Below are positions 40,118 through 49,515 of a stretch of DNA of 64,000 nt, in pieces. Location of the stretch: the NCBI GenBank assembly GCA_030141605.1, contig JAQGDQ010002391.1, positions 1-64,000 on the forward strand, read 5' to 3'. Under the pieces are notes generated by a model. That model did not search any database. It was not told where the DNA came from and saw only the letters and a program-made list of their open reading frames with translations. The position numbers and the translations under genes were made by a program. Source of the DNA: Tubiluchus corallicola (Eukaryota > Animalia > Priapulida). Within the stretch, counting starts at the first letter, position 1. Each line of letters begins with the position of its first letter.

Positions 40118-41304
40118 CTTTTTAATCTTTGTTTTTTAGTTAGTAATTCTATTTCAATAGCAGCAAGTATAAAAGGAGCAACCCCCTTGCTATCATTTTC
40201 TACAATTTTTTCTGTAATATAGTACTCATAATCGCCTTCTCTATATGGTTTGCCTCCCAAGCCACAGCCTCCACAGGTTTGTTGTAGGCTGGGATAACCA
40301 TCCTCGTCCTCTGTTATTAGATTATTAACTATACCATTAAAGGCTTTTGTAGCATATTTGATATATTTCTTGTCTAAATATCCCTTGCTTACTCCTTTTA
40401 AAAAGGAATAAGTAAACATAGCAGACCCAGATGCTTCAAGATAGTTGCCTTCTCTACCTCCATAGTTAAGCACCTGATACCAAAGTCCCGTTTTTTCGTC
40501 TTGCACTTTTATTAAAGCTTCTGCCAGCCTATTTAAAATAGTAATTAACTGCTTCCTACCTGAATGCTCTTCGGGTAAATAGTCTAACACATCTACTATT
40601 GCCATTGCATACCACCCAATAGCTCTGCTCCAAAAATGTTTAGAACGTCCTGTTTCGGGGTTACACCATCGTTGCTCTTTGCTTTCATCCCAAGCGTGGT
40701 ATAACAATCCCGTTTTATCATCTCTTGTTTTTTCTTCTATTAAGGTAATTTGATGCACTATTTCATCAAACCACTCTGGCTCGTCAAACATACTCGCATA
40801 TTCTGCTAAAAAAGGTGAAGCCATATAAATACCATCAAGCCACATTTGATATGGGTAAATTTTTTTGTGCCAGTATCCACCTGTTTCTGTTTTGGGGTGG
40901 TGTTTCATTTGTTCTACTAAGCGTGCTGCTGCTGTTTTGTATTTTTCTTCTCCCGTTCGTTTATATAGTGTAAGTAAGTTTTTTCCGGGGTTGATTCTAT
41001 CTATATTGTATTCTTCTTGTTTGTAAAATTTAATAGAACCATCCTCGCCTATAAAATAATCTACGTAGCGTTTCATATAGTCGGAATACTTTTTGTCTTT
41101 TTTTCCTAATTTATCAATGGCTTGCCCCAAAAAAGCAATATCATATTGCCACCTATAGGGCTTTGAGGTAACGTAGTACATTAAACTGTCATAACGATAC
41201 ATTACTGCATCTGCCATTTTTCCTGACCAATTGGATTCTTTTTTTGATGTACTACAGCTTGTTATAATTAAGGCTGAAAGAATAAAAAATAGTAATTTTC
41301 TCAT
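40114..41304 (-). CDS. GH105 unsaturated (rhamno)galacturonyl hydrolase
   Basis: NIDRINPG, GGYWHK, MWLDGIYMA, LLYHAWDES, WSRAIGW, EASGSAMF. Confidence 0.93.
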   Translation of the reverse strand: MRKLLFFILSALIITSCSTSKKESNWSGKMADAVMYRYDSLMYYVTSKPYRWQYDIAFLGQAIDKLGKKDKKYSDYMKRYVDYFIGEDGSIKFYKQEEYNIDRINPGKNLLTLYKRTGEEKYKTAAARLVEQMKHHPKTETGGYWHKKIYPYQMWLDGIYMASPFLAEYASMFDEPEWFDEIVHQITLIEEKTRDDKTGLLYHAWDESKEQRWCNPETGRSKHFWSRAIGWYAMAIVDVLDYLPEEHSGRKQLITILNRLAEALIKVQDEKTGLWYQVLNYGGREGNYLEASGSAMFTYSFLKGVSKGYLDKKYIKYATKAFNGIVNNLITEDEDGYPSLQQTCGGCGLGGKPYREGDYEYYITEKIVENDSKGVAPFILAAIEIELLTKKQRLKR

Positions 41305-41328
41305 ATTACCAATTTAATAAAGTTTATG

Positions 41329-42603
41329 TTACATTGTTAGTTCTACTGGGTGGTTTAACTTTTCAAGTATGCTGTTTAAATAGCCTTTAAACTCATTTAT
41401 GTTTTTTATAGCTCCTACACCTTGTTCCCACACTGCAGCAAAGTAGTAAGTGGGATTTGTAATTTCTTTTTTAAAAATTGCTATATGGTTAAGGTTGTCT
41501 TCTGTTATTTGCTCCAATTCTTCAGAGTTGAAAAAAACTGCTATTCCCATACTGTCTCCTGCCAAACTGTAATTCCCATAAGAAGCAATGCAGCCCCATC
41601 GAGAGTTGAGATTATTGATAATGATAAGTTCTTCACTCTTAAAATTTGAGATACCTGTGCAAAGATTTTGTCCTTTTTTGTTTACATTCAAGATTTGCCT
41701 TGTTAATTGTGTACCTGCATCAATAGATAAATTTGAGGTTAGGTTAACCTTTGTATTATTCGTTTCCCAACCGTAGTATTTTGTTTGAACAACAGACTGA
41801 TTGTCTCCATTAGTAACTATCTCGCAGGTTATGCTGTCTGTTTTTTCTACTCTTACCGCTTTACTTCCATCCCAATATGCAATAGAGCCAACTCCTAAGG
41901 TTTCACCTACTTTGAATATATCCATACCCCATTCTGCCATCTCGTGATAGGAATCATAGCCGTCTAACCCTACCTTGTACAGTATCATATCTGTTGTTTT
42001 TTTGCCAAATACATCTACCGCATTTCGCCAATCAAGGTAAAATCTGTATCCCATCTTGTCAGATTCCCAACCCGGCCCCTCATATCTAATATAATAAGAA
42101 TGGTCTGTGCATTCGTCAGGTACTCTTAAATAATTTGTGTTTCTAAACTCACCCCCTATATATTTAGAATTTTCAAACTTGCCTCCTACTTTGTGTGAAA
42201 TCTCTGCATAAGTGCGTTTGAAGTATTTTCTTTGCTTCTTGCCTTCCACTGCATATCTAATGCTTATATCTTGTTTTTCATTAGGTGAAAAACTGGTAAT
42301 AAATACTAATCTTTCCTCTGCTTTATTCCCTTTATACGAAAGTTGCGATGGTAGCTCTGCGGTGTCTTTTAGCACAATAAAATTGTTTTTATTAAAATCA
42401 GGATATTGGTTTACTATTTCCTGCACGCTGAGCTCTATACATTCATCTGTTCTATTTTTATCAAGCGTATTAGATAGCTTAACATTGAATGATTTGGGAT
42501 ATTCTTTTGTAAATAGTTTATTCTTATCTGTCTTTGTAGAACAAGACAAACTTATTGATGTAATTAATATAAAACTACTGATAAAATTTGTTTTCATTTT
42601 CAT
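41329..42603 (-). CDS. DUF4861 family lipoprotein (pectin PUL associated)
   Basis: YEGPGWESDKMGYRFY, DVFGK, WGMDIFKVGETLGVG. Confidence 0.85.
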   Translation of the reverse strand: MKMKTNFISSFILITSISLSCSTKTDKNKLFTKEYPKSFNVKLSNTLDKNRTDECIELSVQEIVNQYPDFNKNNFIVLKDTAELPSQLSYKGNKAEERLVFITSFSPNEKQDISIRYAVEGKKQRKYFKRTYAEISHKVGGKFENSKYIGGEFRNTNYLRVPDECTDHSYYIRYEGPGWESDKMGYRFYLDWRNAVDVFGKKTTDMILYKVGLDGYDSYHEMAEWGMDIFKVGETLGVGSIAYWDGSKAVRVEKTDSITCEIVTNGDNQSVVQTKYYGWETNNTKVNLTSNLSIDAGTQLTRQILNVNKKGQNLCTGISNFKSEELIIINNLNSRWGCIASYGNYSLAGDSMGIAVFFNSEELEQITEDNLNHIAIFKKEITNPTYYFAAVWEQGVGAIKNINEFKGYLNSILEKLNHPVELTM

Positions 42604-42617
42604 TGTATGTCTTAAAA

Positions 42618-42655
42618 ACAGTGTTATAGGAGACCAATATCTCCTATAACACTGT
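42618..42655 (-). terminator. Strong intra-PUL hairpin with U-tail
   Basis: Perfect 16 bp inverted repeat acagtgttataggaga / tctcctataacactgt, followed by a T run on the minus strand. Confidence 0.85.
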
Positions 42656-42667
42656 CAAGTAAAAAGA

Positions 42668-44104
42668 TTATCTCATTAAACTATTTAAATACATTTCAAG
42701 ATTGGTATAAGTATGGTTTAAATCATATCCATTTCTATCATCAGCATCATAAGGATCTAAGCCATTTGCTATTTCCCAACTATCAGGCATACCATCATTG
42801 TCGCTGTCCAAAGGTGCTGATGCTGATTGAAGGGCAGGATAACCTCCTACATCTGTTTGTGAATCTATAATTCCTGACTTAGCAATCCCATAATCTTGCT
42901 TATACGATGTACCCCCGTAGGTGGTTGTTTGAGTTCTTACTTCTTCAACTATTCGAGTATCTACTGCATCCCTTTTCAAACTTGCTCCTGCATAATTCAA
43001 AACATCTTCATAGGCTTCTTGTGCTGTTTGTATTGTAATAGGGGTAATATCCACAGGTTGAGATAATTTCATTGCCTCCAATTCTTCTACTGTAAAATCA
43101 CCTTCAAATCCTTTCCAATTATCATTGCTTACCTCTTCGCTCGCATATACAAAGTTGCCTTTTACATAGAATTTACCGTATGGTTTCCAAGGATTGAATA
43201 TTCTTTGCTTATGTCTTGTAGCAGGCCCATATTTATAGTAATTGCCAATCATATTGTAGTGTCCTCCTTCGGGAATAATTTCATTGCCTTCGCCTGCATA
43301 CCCTGAATTTTGCCCCCAATTATAGATTACATTGTTTATAAAACTTACTGTTTCTGTTGACACATCATCTTTTCCATTACCATACCTTGTGCCGTTGAAA
43401 CGAGGGTTGCGACTATCGTTATGAGCCAACAAGTTGTGATGAAAAGATGAATTGTTACCTCCCCATATAGCACCATAACTATGATTACCTTTTGGATGAT
43501 ACGATTTTCTTAGTGCCTCTGTTATAAAACACCATTGTAAAGTAAAGTTATCGACCCTATAAAATGAAACACATTCGTCCATACTCCAACTCATAGAACA
43601 ATGGTCTATGATAATATCCCTCCTATTATTTTTTTTATGAGTTCCTCCTCCAGTGAGAGCATCCCCGCTGTTGGCAACTTTGGGATTTTGCGACTCGTCT
43701 CCCAACCGAAACCTAATGTATCTAATAATTACATTGTCGCACCTTATAAAAACAGGATATTTGGCAATGCAGATACCACTGCCGGGTGCCGTTTGCCCTG
43801 CAATAGTAATATTCCCATTTTTAATTGTTAGATCTTTTTCTAAGTTGATAGTTCCTGACACTTTGAATATAATAGTTCTTGCTCCTTTTTGTTCTATTGC
43901 CCAACGAAATGTTCCTTTACTACCATCGTCTATAAGTTTAGTTACATAATACACGTTACCTCCGCGTCCTCCTGTGGCATACATACCTCCCCCTTCTGCA
44001 CCGGGAAAGGCAGGAATATTAGCTTTTTGACTACAAGTGATATGACAAAATGCTGATAGCATTACTCCAACTATAATTAATTTTAAAATGCCTTTTTCCA
44101 ACAT
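42668..44104 (-). CDS. Pectate lyase, PL1 family
   Basis: AFPGAEGGG..ATGGRGG, IAGQTAPG, IIDHCSMSW..DE, HNLLAH.DSRNPRF, DSDNDGMPDSWE. Confidence 0.93.
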   Translation of the reverse strand: MLEKGILKLIIVGVMLSAFCHITCSQKANIPAFPGAEGGGMYATGGRGGNVYYVTKLIDDGSKGTFRWAIEQKGARTIIFKVSGTINLEKDLTIKNGNITIAGQTAPGSGICIAKYPVFIRCDNVIIRYIRFRLGDESQNPKVANSGDALTGGGTHKKNNRRDIIIDHCSMSWSMDECVSFYRVDNFTLQWCFITEALRKSYHPKGNHSYGAIWGGNNSSFHHNLLAHNDSRNPRFNGTRYGNGKDDVSTETVSFINNVIYNWGQNSGYAGEGNEIIPEGGHYNMIGNYYKYGPATRHKQRIFNPWKPYGKFYVKGNFVYASEEVSNDNWKGFEGDFTVEELEAMKLSQPVDITPITIQTAQEAYEDVLNYAGASLKRDAVDTRIVEEVRTQTTTYGGTSYKQDYGIAKSGIIDSQTDVGGYPALQSASAPLDSDNDGMPDSWEIANGLDPYDADDRNGYDLNHTYTNLEMYLNSLMR

Positions 44105-44107
44105 TAT

Positions 44108-44352
44108 TTATTTTCTCAAATATTTTGTCAAGCTAATATTTAGTTTTTTAACTTCTTTTGCTACTATGTTTGCCATTGTTTCTGCTCCAAGTTTAGAAAA
44201 TTGAGTGTTATTAGCCAAGCTTTCTGGATAATTTTTTTGCCTTTTCTTTACCTGCTGTAAATACCACATTCTGGGCAAGCATTACACCCAAGGCTTGTAG
44301 TTCCTGTTGAGTTTATAAAGTCCCTACGTGACATATTAGGTTTGTTCTTCAT
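44108..44352 (-). pseudogene. Collapsed remnant of a Tat-signal CE12/SGNH pectin acetylesterase
   Basis: Hand translation: MKNKPNMSRRDFINSTGTTSLG (twin-arginine signal) joined via frameshifts to NYPESLANNTQFSKLGAETMANIVAKEVKKLNISLTKYLRK*, resembling the CE12 end NYP.G..DNTHFS..GA..MA. Confidence 0.75.
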
Positions 44353-44375
44353 CGTTTGTTCTATAATATAGCTTG

Positions 44376-45863
44376 TTAAAAGCTCACTAAACTGTTTAAA
44401 TACATTTCAAGATTAGTGAACTTATCATCTAAGTCATATCCATTTCTATCATCAGCATCATAAGGATCTAAGTCATTTGCTATTTCCCAACTATCAGGCA
44501 TACCATCGCCATCTGTATCTGTGGGTGCTGTTGTTGAATTGAGGAGGGGAAAGCCTCCTACATCTGTTTGTGAATCTATAATTCCCGATTGAGCAATACC
44601 TTTATCTTCTGTGTAAGAAGCACCTCCATAAGTAGCTGTTTGAGTGCTTACCTCGTTGATAATTCTTGTATCTACTGCATCTCGGTTTAAACTTGCTCCT
44701 GCACGGGCTAATACGCTCTCGTAAGCCTGTTGAGGTGTCTGCACAGTAACGGGTGTTACACCATCTATATACTCTGTAAGTTTCATTGTCTCTTTTTCTT
44801 CATCTGTAACTTCATCGAACCCTTTCCAGTTGTCTTTGGTTACACTCTCACTTCCATATACAAAATTATTCACCACATAATATCTGCCAAATGGCTTGTA
44901 TGGTTCGCATATTCTTTGCTTATGATTTGTTGCAGGTCCGTATTTATAATAATTAGCTATCATATTGTAATGTCCTCCTACTGGTACTACATTGTCCTTG
45001 CCTTCTCCTCCATAGGCACTATTACTGCCCCAATTATATAGTATGTTATTTACGAAATTTACGGTTTCAGTAGATTTTTCATCTGTTCCATCACCATACC
45101 TTGTGCCGTTGAAACGAGGGTTGCGGCTGTCGTGGTGTGCTAATAGGTTGTGATGAAAAGCAGCATTGTTGCCACCCCATATACCTCCGTAGCCGTGCTT
45201 GCCTTTGGGATGAATGGAGTTTCTCAACGACTCGGAGATGATACACCATTGTACTGTAAGTTTAGATACTTTGTAAAATGTAACGCATTCGTCCATACAC
45301 CAGCTCATAGAACAATGGTCTATGATAATATTGTTGCCCTCTCCTTGTAAAGCGTCTCCACTTTCCGCCATATTACTATCGCCCGACAAATCGCCTAAGC
45401 GAAAACGAACAAAACGAATGATAACATTATTACATTTAATCCAAACTGGATAATTGGCAATACAAATACCATCGCCCGGAGCTGTTTGACCTGCAATAGT
45501 TATATTGTCGTTCCTGATATTCAATATTGATTGCAGCTCAATTGTTCCACTCACAAGAAAAACAATAGTTCTTGCTCCTTCTTGCTCTACAGCCCAGCGA
45601 AATGTTCCTTCACTGCCATCGTCTGTAAGTTTGGTTACTTGGTATACATCTCCACCACGACCTCCAGTAGCATACATACCACCTCCTTCGGCTCCGGGAA
45701 AAGCGTGAGCAGTACTTGCATCGGGTTTTGGAAAGTTTCCTATTGGTACTTCTAATGTATCAGCAGGTGAAGGGTCTGGCGATGTGTCTGTGTTGTCGTC
45801 TTTTTTGCAAGATATGACACAACAAAATACCAACAATGTAAATAACAATACTGCTTTTTTCAT
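44376..45863 (-). CDS. Pectate lyase, PL1 family, lipoprotein paralog
   Basis: Lipobox VISC-KKDD; same PL1 motifs as 42668-44104. Confidence 0.93.
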   Translation of the reverse strand: MKKAVLLFTLLVFCCVISCKKDDNTDTSPDPSPADTLEVPIGNFPKPDASTAHAFPGAEGGGMYATGGRGGDVYQVTKLTDDGSEGTFRWAVEQEGARTIVFLVSGTIELQSILNIRNDNITIAGQTAPGDGICIANYPVWIKCNNVIIRFVRFRLGDLSGDSNMAESGDALQGEGNNIIIDHCSMSWCMDECVTFYKVSKLTVQWCIISESLRNSIHPKGKHGYGGIWGGNNAAFHHNLLAHHDSRNPRFNGTRYGDGTDEKSTETVNFVNNILYNWGSNSAYGGEGKDNVVPVGGHYNMIANYYKYGPATNHKQRICEPYKPFGRYYVVNNFVYGSESVTKDNWKGFDEVTDEEKETMKLTEYIDGVTPVTVQTPQQAYESVLARAGASLNRDAVDTRIINEVSTQTATYGGASYTEDKGIAQSGIIDSQTDVGGFPLLNSTTAPTDTDGDGMPDSWEIANDLDPYDADDRNGYDLDDKFTNLEMYLNSLVSF

Positions 45864-45901
45864 TTTATTAAAAATTAAATTTATTTAAAGCTATATATTT
45901 A

Positions 45902-47857
45902 TTAGTCTGGGCAATAATAATTGTCAATACAAGTAAATGAACCTTGTGTTACATCTTTTAAGTTATCTATTATACCTGTGCTTTCCATTCCTAATAAAGG
46001 ATTATTCTCTATTTCTGTATTACCTTTTATCTCTCTAACTTTATCCAGTTCTTTTAAATTAGATGCATCAGGGTTATTTTTCAAATATAAACTACCTCCA
46101 ATAGTTAACAGATTATCAAAAGCTCCATTAAAATACTCTCCTTTATTACTAGAACGTGTATCCTCTATGCGCAAATCTTGCTCAATAGTAACTACACATC
46201 TGAAAGCTTGTCCTGTTCCTGTTGGATTACTTATAGACCTCATAGAAAAATCTAATTTGGGGTTTCTTCTTGCTATAATACTACCTTTGATTATAAGAAT
46301 AGGGTCTTTGCTGTCATTACCAAACATAGAATAATCAAGGTAAACCAGCTCATTATTGTCTTCAATAATAACATCTCCATCAATCTCACTAACATTTCTA
46401 AGAATATTTGAAATTTGCACAAGACTATTATTATTACTAACCTTCAACCCTCCTGTTGTTGTAGTTGTAACATTTTTCCATCCTTCAAATTGCGTTAAAG
46501 CATTGTTGTTTTCAATAACAATGTCTCCTGTTATAGTAGTAACCTTATTACAAAACTCAGTAACAATAGTTAGTGCAGGGTTGTTAGCAATGGTAGTTCC
46601 TCCCATTCCACTCCCATCGTTTACATTTTCCAACCCTTGAATATCTGCCAAAGACGCATTGTTGGTTATTGTTAAGTTGCCTTCAAGAGTTGTAAGAGTT
46701 CCAAGACCTGTGAGATTGCTTAGTGCAGTATTGTCAATTTCTAAGTCGCCTGTAATGGCTGTTAATGTTGAGCCTGTACTTCCTAAATCTGTCAAATCAC
46801 TAACATTGCCTGTAATTACCAAAGTTCCATTTACATCTGCTCCTTCAAAACCGGCTACATCATTCTGGTCATCCAAAATAGTAACATTGCCTGTATATGC
46901 TTTATACTTGGTGTTTGTAGTGTGCCTGTCAGATATATAGCCTTCTACGTTCCTTGCTACAATATAAAACTCGTTGGCATCACCCGTTAAGACATCTGTG
47001 GTATATGTTTGTGTTCCTGAGGCCACTGTTGCGGCTTTATTAGCATTAACATATACATCAACACTGTCAGTGTCAGTATTAGTATCCCAAGATAGGGTAA
47101 AGGTGTTGGCAGAAGCTCGGGTTACATCGTAGCCACTTATTGCAGGTATATCAATAGTAGTTGTAACTGTATCTGAATGTTTTCCATTTGACACCCATAC
47201 ATTAAACTCTATTGCTTTACCTTCAATATCTTCTTCTATGGTAAGCGACTTTGAGTCTTCAACTTGCTTATCTGGTAATTCATTTTCTTCTCCATCACCT
47301 ACTTTGTACGAAAGAAATACTTCTGTCAATTCTTCTTCTGGCAGTGGCAGTGTCCACGACACAGTAAAACTATTATAGCTATTCTCATCATTATTCTGTG
47401 TTACAACAACATTTTCTACAGGTGGCGGAGGATCTGCATCTGGATTAATATAAAATAACTCTTTAAATGCCGAATTAAAAGATTCTTTTCCTGATTCATT
47501 TTTTGTTATTACATAAAACCCTACTTTTTGGTTAAAATTAATATTCGTTATAGTAGCTGTATATGATGTAACTTCATTGTTGGTATTTACAAGTGTTGCT
47601 ATTCTTCCTTGTTCTATATCATCTATGCTCAAAAATATGATTATAGAATCAGGAATGTTATCTTCAGGGTTTGCCCAAGTAAGTTCAAAAACAGCAGGTG
47701 ATATTGATTTTTGTATAGCTTCTAAATTCGTTATACTGTTGGGAGTAGGCTCACCATCTCCATTATTATCTTTTATTGTTTCTTCTTTTTCGCAAGCAGT
47801 TGTAATAAAAACAATCAATGTACTTATAAACGCCAAGTAATTAAATAGTCTTTTCAT
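45902..47857 (-). CDS. PUL surface lipoprotein (putative SGBP): FN3-like domains plus L-domain/LRR-like solenoid
   Basis: Lipobox TTAC-EKEE; LTW/VSW/LSW beta-sandwich motifs; repeated L..I.GDL.I.NN..L units; follows susD. Confidence 0.7.
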   Translation of the reverse strand: MKRLFNYLAFISTLIVFITTACEKEETIKDNNGDGEPTPNSITNLEAIQKSISPAVFELTWANPEDNIPDSIIIFLSIDDIEQGRIATLVNTNNEVTSYTATITNINFNQKVGFYVITKNESGKESFNSAFKELFYINPDADPPPPVENVVVTQNNDENSYNSFTVSWTLPLPEEELTEVFLSYKVGDGEENELPDKQVEDSKSLTIEEDIEGKAIEFNVWVSNGKHSDTVTTTIDIPAISGYDVTRASANTFTLSWDTNTDTDSVDVYVNANKAATVASGTQTYTTDVLTGDANEFYIVARNVEGYISDRHTTNTKYKAYTGNVTILDDQNDVAGFEGADVNGTLVITGNVSDLTDLGSTGSTLTAITGDLEIDNTALSNLTGLGTLTTLEGNLTITNNASLADIQGLENVNDGSGMGGTTIANNPALTIVTEFCNKVTTITGDIVIENNNALTQFEGWKNVTTTTTGGLKVSNNNSLVQISNILRNVSEIDGDVIIEDNNELVYLDYSMFGNDSKDPILIIKGSIIARRNPKLDFSMRSISNPTGTGQAFRCVVTIEQDLRIEDTRSSNKGEYFNGAFDNLLTIGGSLYLKNNPDASNLKELDKVREIKGNTEIENNPLLGMESTGIIDNLKDVTQGSFTCIDNYYCPD

Positions 47858-47896
47858 AGCATAAAATTTTAAATCAACATATCGTTTTATATTTTT

Positions 47897-49504
47897 TTAA
47901 TATCCCGGATTTTGTGGATATTTGCCAGCATCTCTATCTATAGCAGATTGTGGTATGGGGCGTATAAGTTTTCTGCCACTATTGAATGGGTCTTGCCCGT
48001 TTTCTACCACTGCTATTACTTGTGGGTTGTATAATTTTGTTCTTTGTATCAACCTTCCTGTGCGTTTTAGGTCTAACCATCGTTTGTATTCGCCCAATAG
48101 TTCTCGTCCCCTTTCGTCCAGTACATCGTCTATTGTAGCACCTGCAACAGCAGTATTCCATCCTGCTCTTTGTCTAATTATGTTTATGTCGTCATCCCCA
48201 GATTGTCCCTGTTCTATCAATGCTTCTGCTCTTATAAGGTGGGTTTCTGCTAATCTAAATAAAAATAGGTCTCTTGTTCCATCAGACCTATCTATTGTCT
48301 TAACATCATCGAACTTTCTAACCATAGGAAATTCACGATTTCTTAAATTGTCGGCTGTCCTATACCAATCGTCAATAAAGACAGTATCCTGTGCTTCTAT
48401 ATCACCTGTATAACCATCAGCCTCAGTGATATTCCAATTTGGATATAAAGTTTTCACGTTTCCAGTTGGTGTGGAATAAAATGAGAAATAATCTTCATAC
48501 TGCACACTCATAAACGACTCTTCGTAGCGAATATCTTCTATAGGATCCTCAAATTGTGTAAAACAACGTATTGTAGGTCTTACTTCATCTCCTCTGTATG
48601 GTGTTTTTCCTGCTATGCGTTCAATAAGGTGTCCAAATAAATGATGTTGGTTGTTACCTCTTCTGTCATTATCAAGCGAAGAAGCGTCAAATTGAATAGA
48701 AAAAATAATTTCAGCGTTGTTTTCATTTTCTTGCTCAAACACATCTCCAAAGGAACTCAAAAGGTTGTATTCTGCACTTTCTATCACTTCCGTTGCATTA
48801 TCAGAAGCATTTTTAAAGTCAGAGACTTCTGCAAAGTCTTTATATGCTCTTGTAAGATAAACTAAGGCAAGAAAATGCTTTGCTGCTCCTTGCGTTACCC
48901 TACCAAAAGTAGCTTGCGATTGAAGAGGTAAACCGTCTTTTATTTCTTCTAATTCAGAAATAATAAAGTCGTAAATTTCTTGTTCTGGTTTTCTTTCAAA
49001 ACTGGTAATTGCCTCTTCAATCATATCAGTAACAAGACTAGCATCTCCAAAATGCTCTACTAACAGATAATAAATATAAGCCCTAAGAAATCTTGCCTCC
49101 CTTTTTCTTGTTTCCAGTTCATCAAATTGCTCTGTCAATTCTCCCCAGTATAAGGCTGTATTTTGAAGTTGAATAACCTTATAACATTCGTTGAAAAACC
49201 TCTCTACTCTTCCATTAATTGGAGTTAGTGTATAATATGAATCCAATGCTGTTTCTGCTTCTGCTCTTCCTCCTATGGTGAACAAATCCGTTCCAAGAGA
49301 AAATAAAAAGGGAATATCACCTGGAGTAGAAAGTGTGTAAAGAGTTCGTAAAGAGCCATAACAAGCATTTATCAAGGTTTCATAGCCTGCTGCTGTTTTA
49401 TAATGATCTTCGGTTGTAATCGAAGACTGGTTGTCTTCTGTTAAAAATTTTTTACAACTAAAAGACATCGCTACGAATAATAGTAGTATAACCGTTTTTT
49501 TCAT
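47897..49504 (-). CDS. susD: SusD/RagB family lipoprotein (pectin PUL)
   Basis: SCKKFL, EARFLRAYIYY.LV..FG, FRLAETHLIRAEA, ERGRELLGE.KRWLDLKR, QNPGY. Confidence 0.96.
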   Translation of the reverse strand: MKKTVILLLFVAMSFSCKKFLTEDNQSSITTEDHYKTAAGYETLINACYGSLRTLYTLSTPGDIPFLFSLGTDLFTIGGRAEAETALDSYYTLTPINGRVERFFNECYKVIQLQNTALYWGELTEQFDELETRKREARFLRAYIYYLLVEHFGDASLVTDMIEEAITSFERKPEQEIYDFIISELEEIKDGLPLQSQATFGRVTQGAAKHFLALVYLTRAYKDFAEVSDFKNASDNATEVIESAEYNLLSSFGDVFEQENENNAEIIFSIQFDASSLDNDRRGNNQHHLFGHLIERIAGKTPYRGDEVRPTIRCFTQFEDPIEDIRYEESFMSVQYEDYFSFYSTPTGNVKTLYPNWNITEADGYTGDIEAQDTVFIDDWYRTADNLRNREFPMVRKFDDVKTIDRSDGTRDLFLFRLAETHLIRAEALIEQGQSGDDDINIIRQRAGWNTAVAGATIDDVLDERGRELLGEYKRWLDLKRTGRLIQRTKLYNPQVIAVVENGQDPFNSGRKLIRPIPQSAIDRDAGKYPQNPGY

Positions 49505-49515
49505 AATAGTATAAT

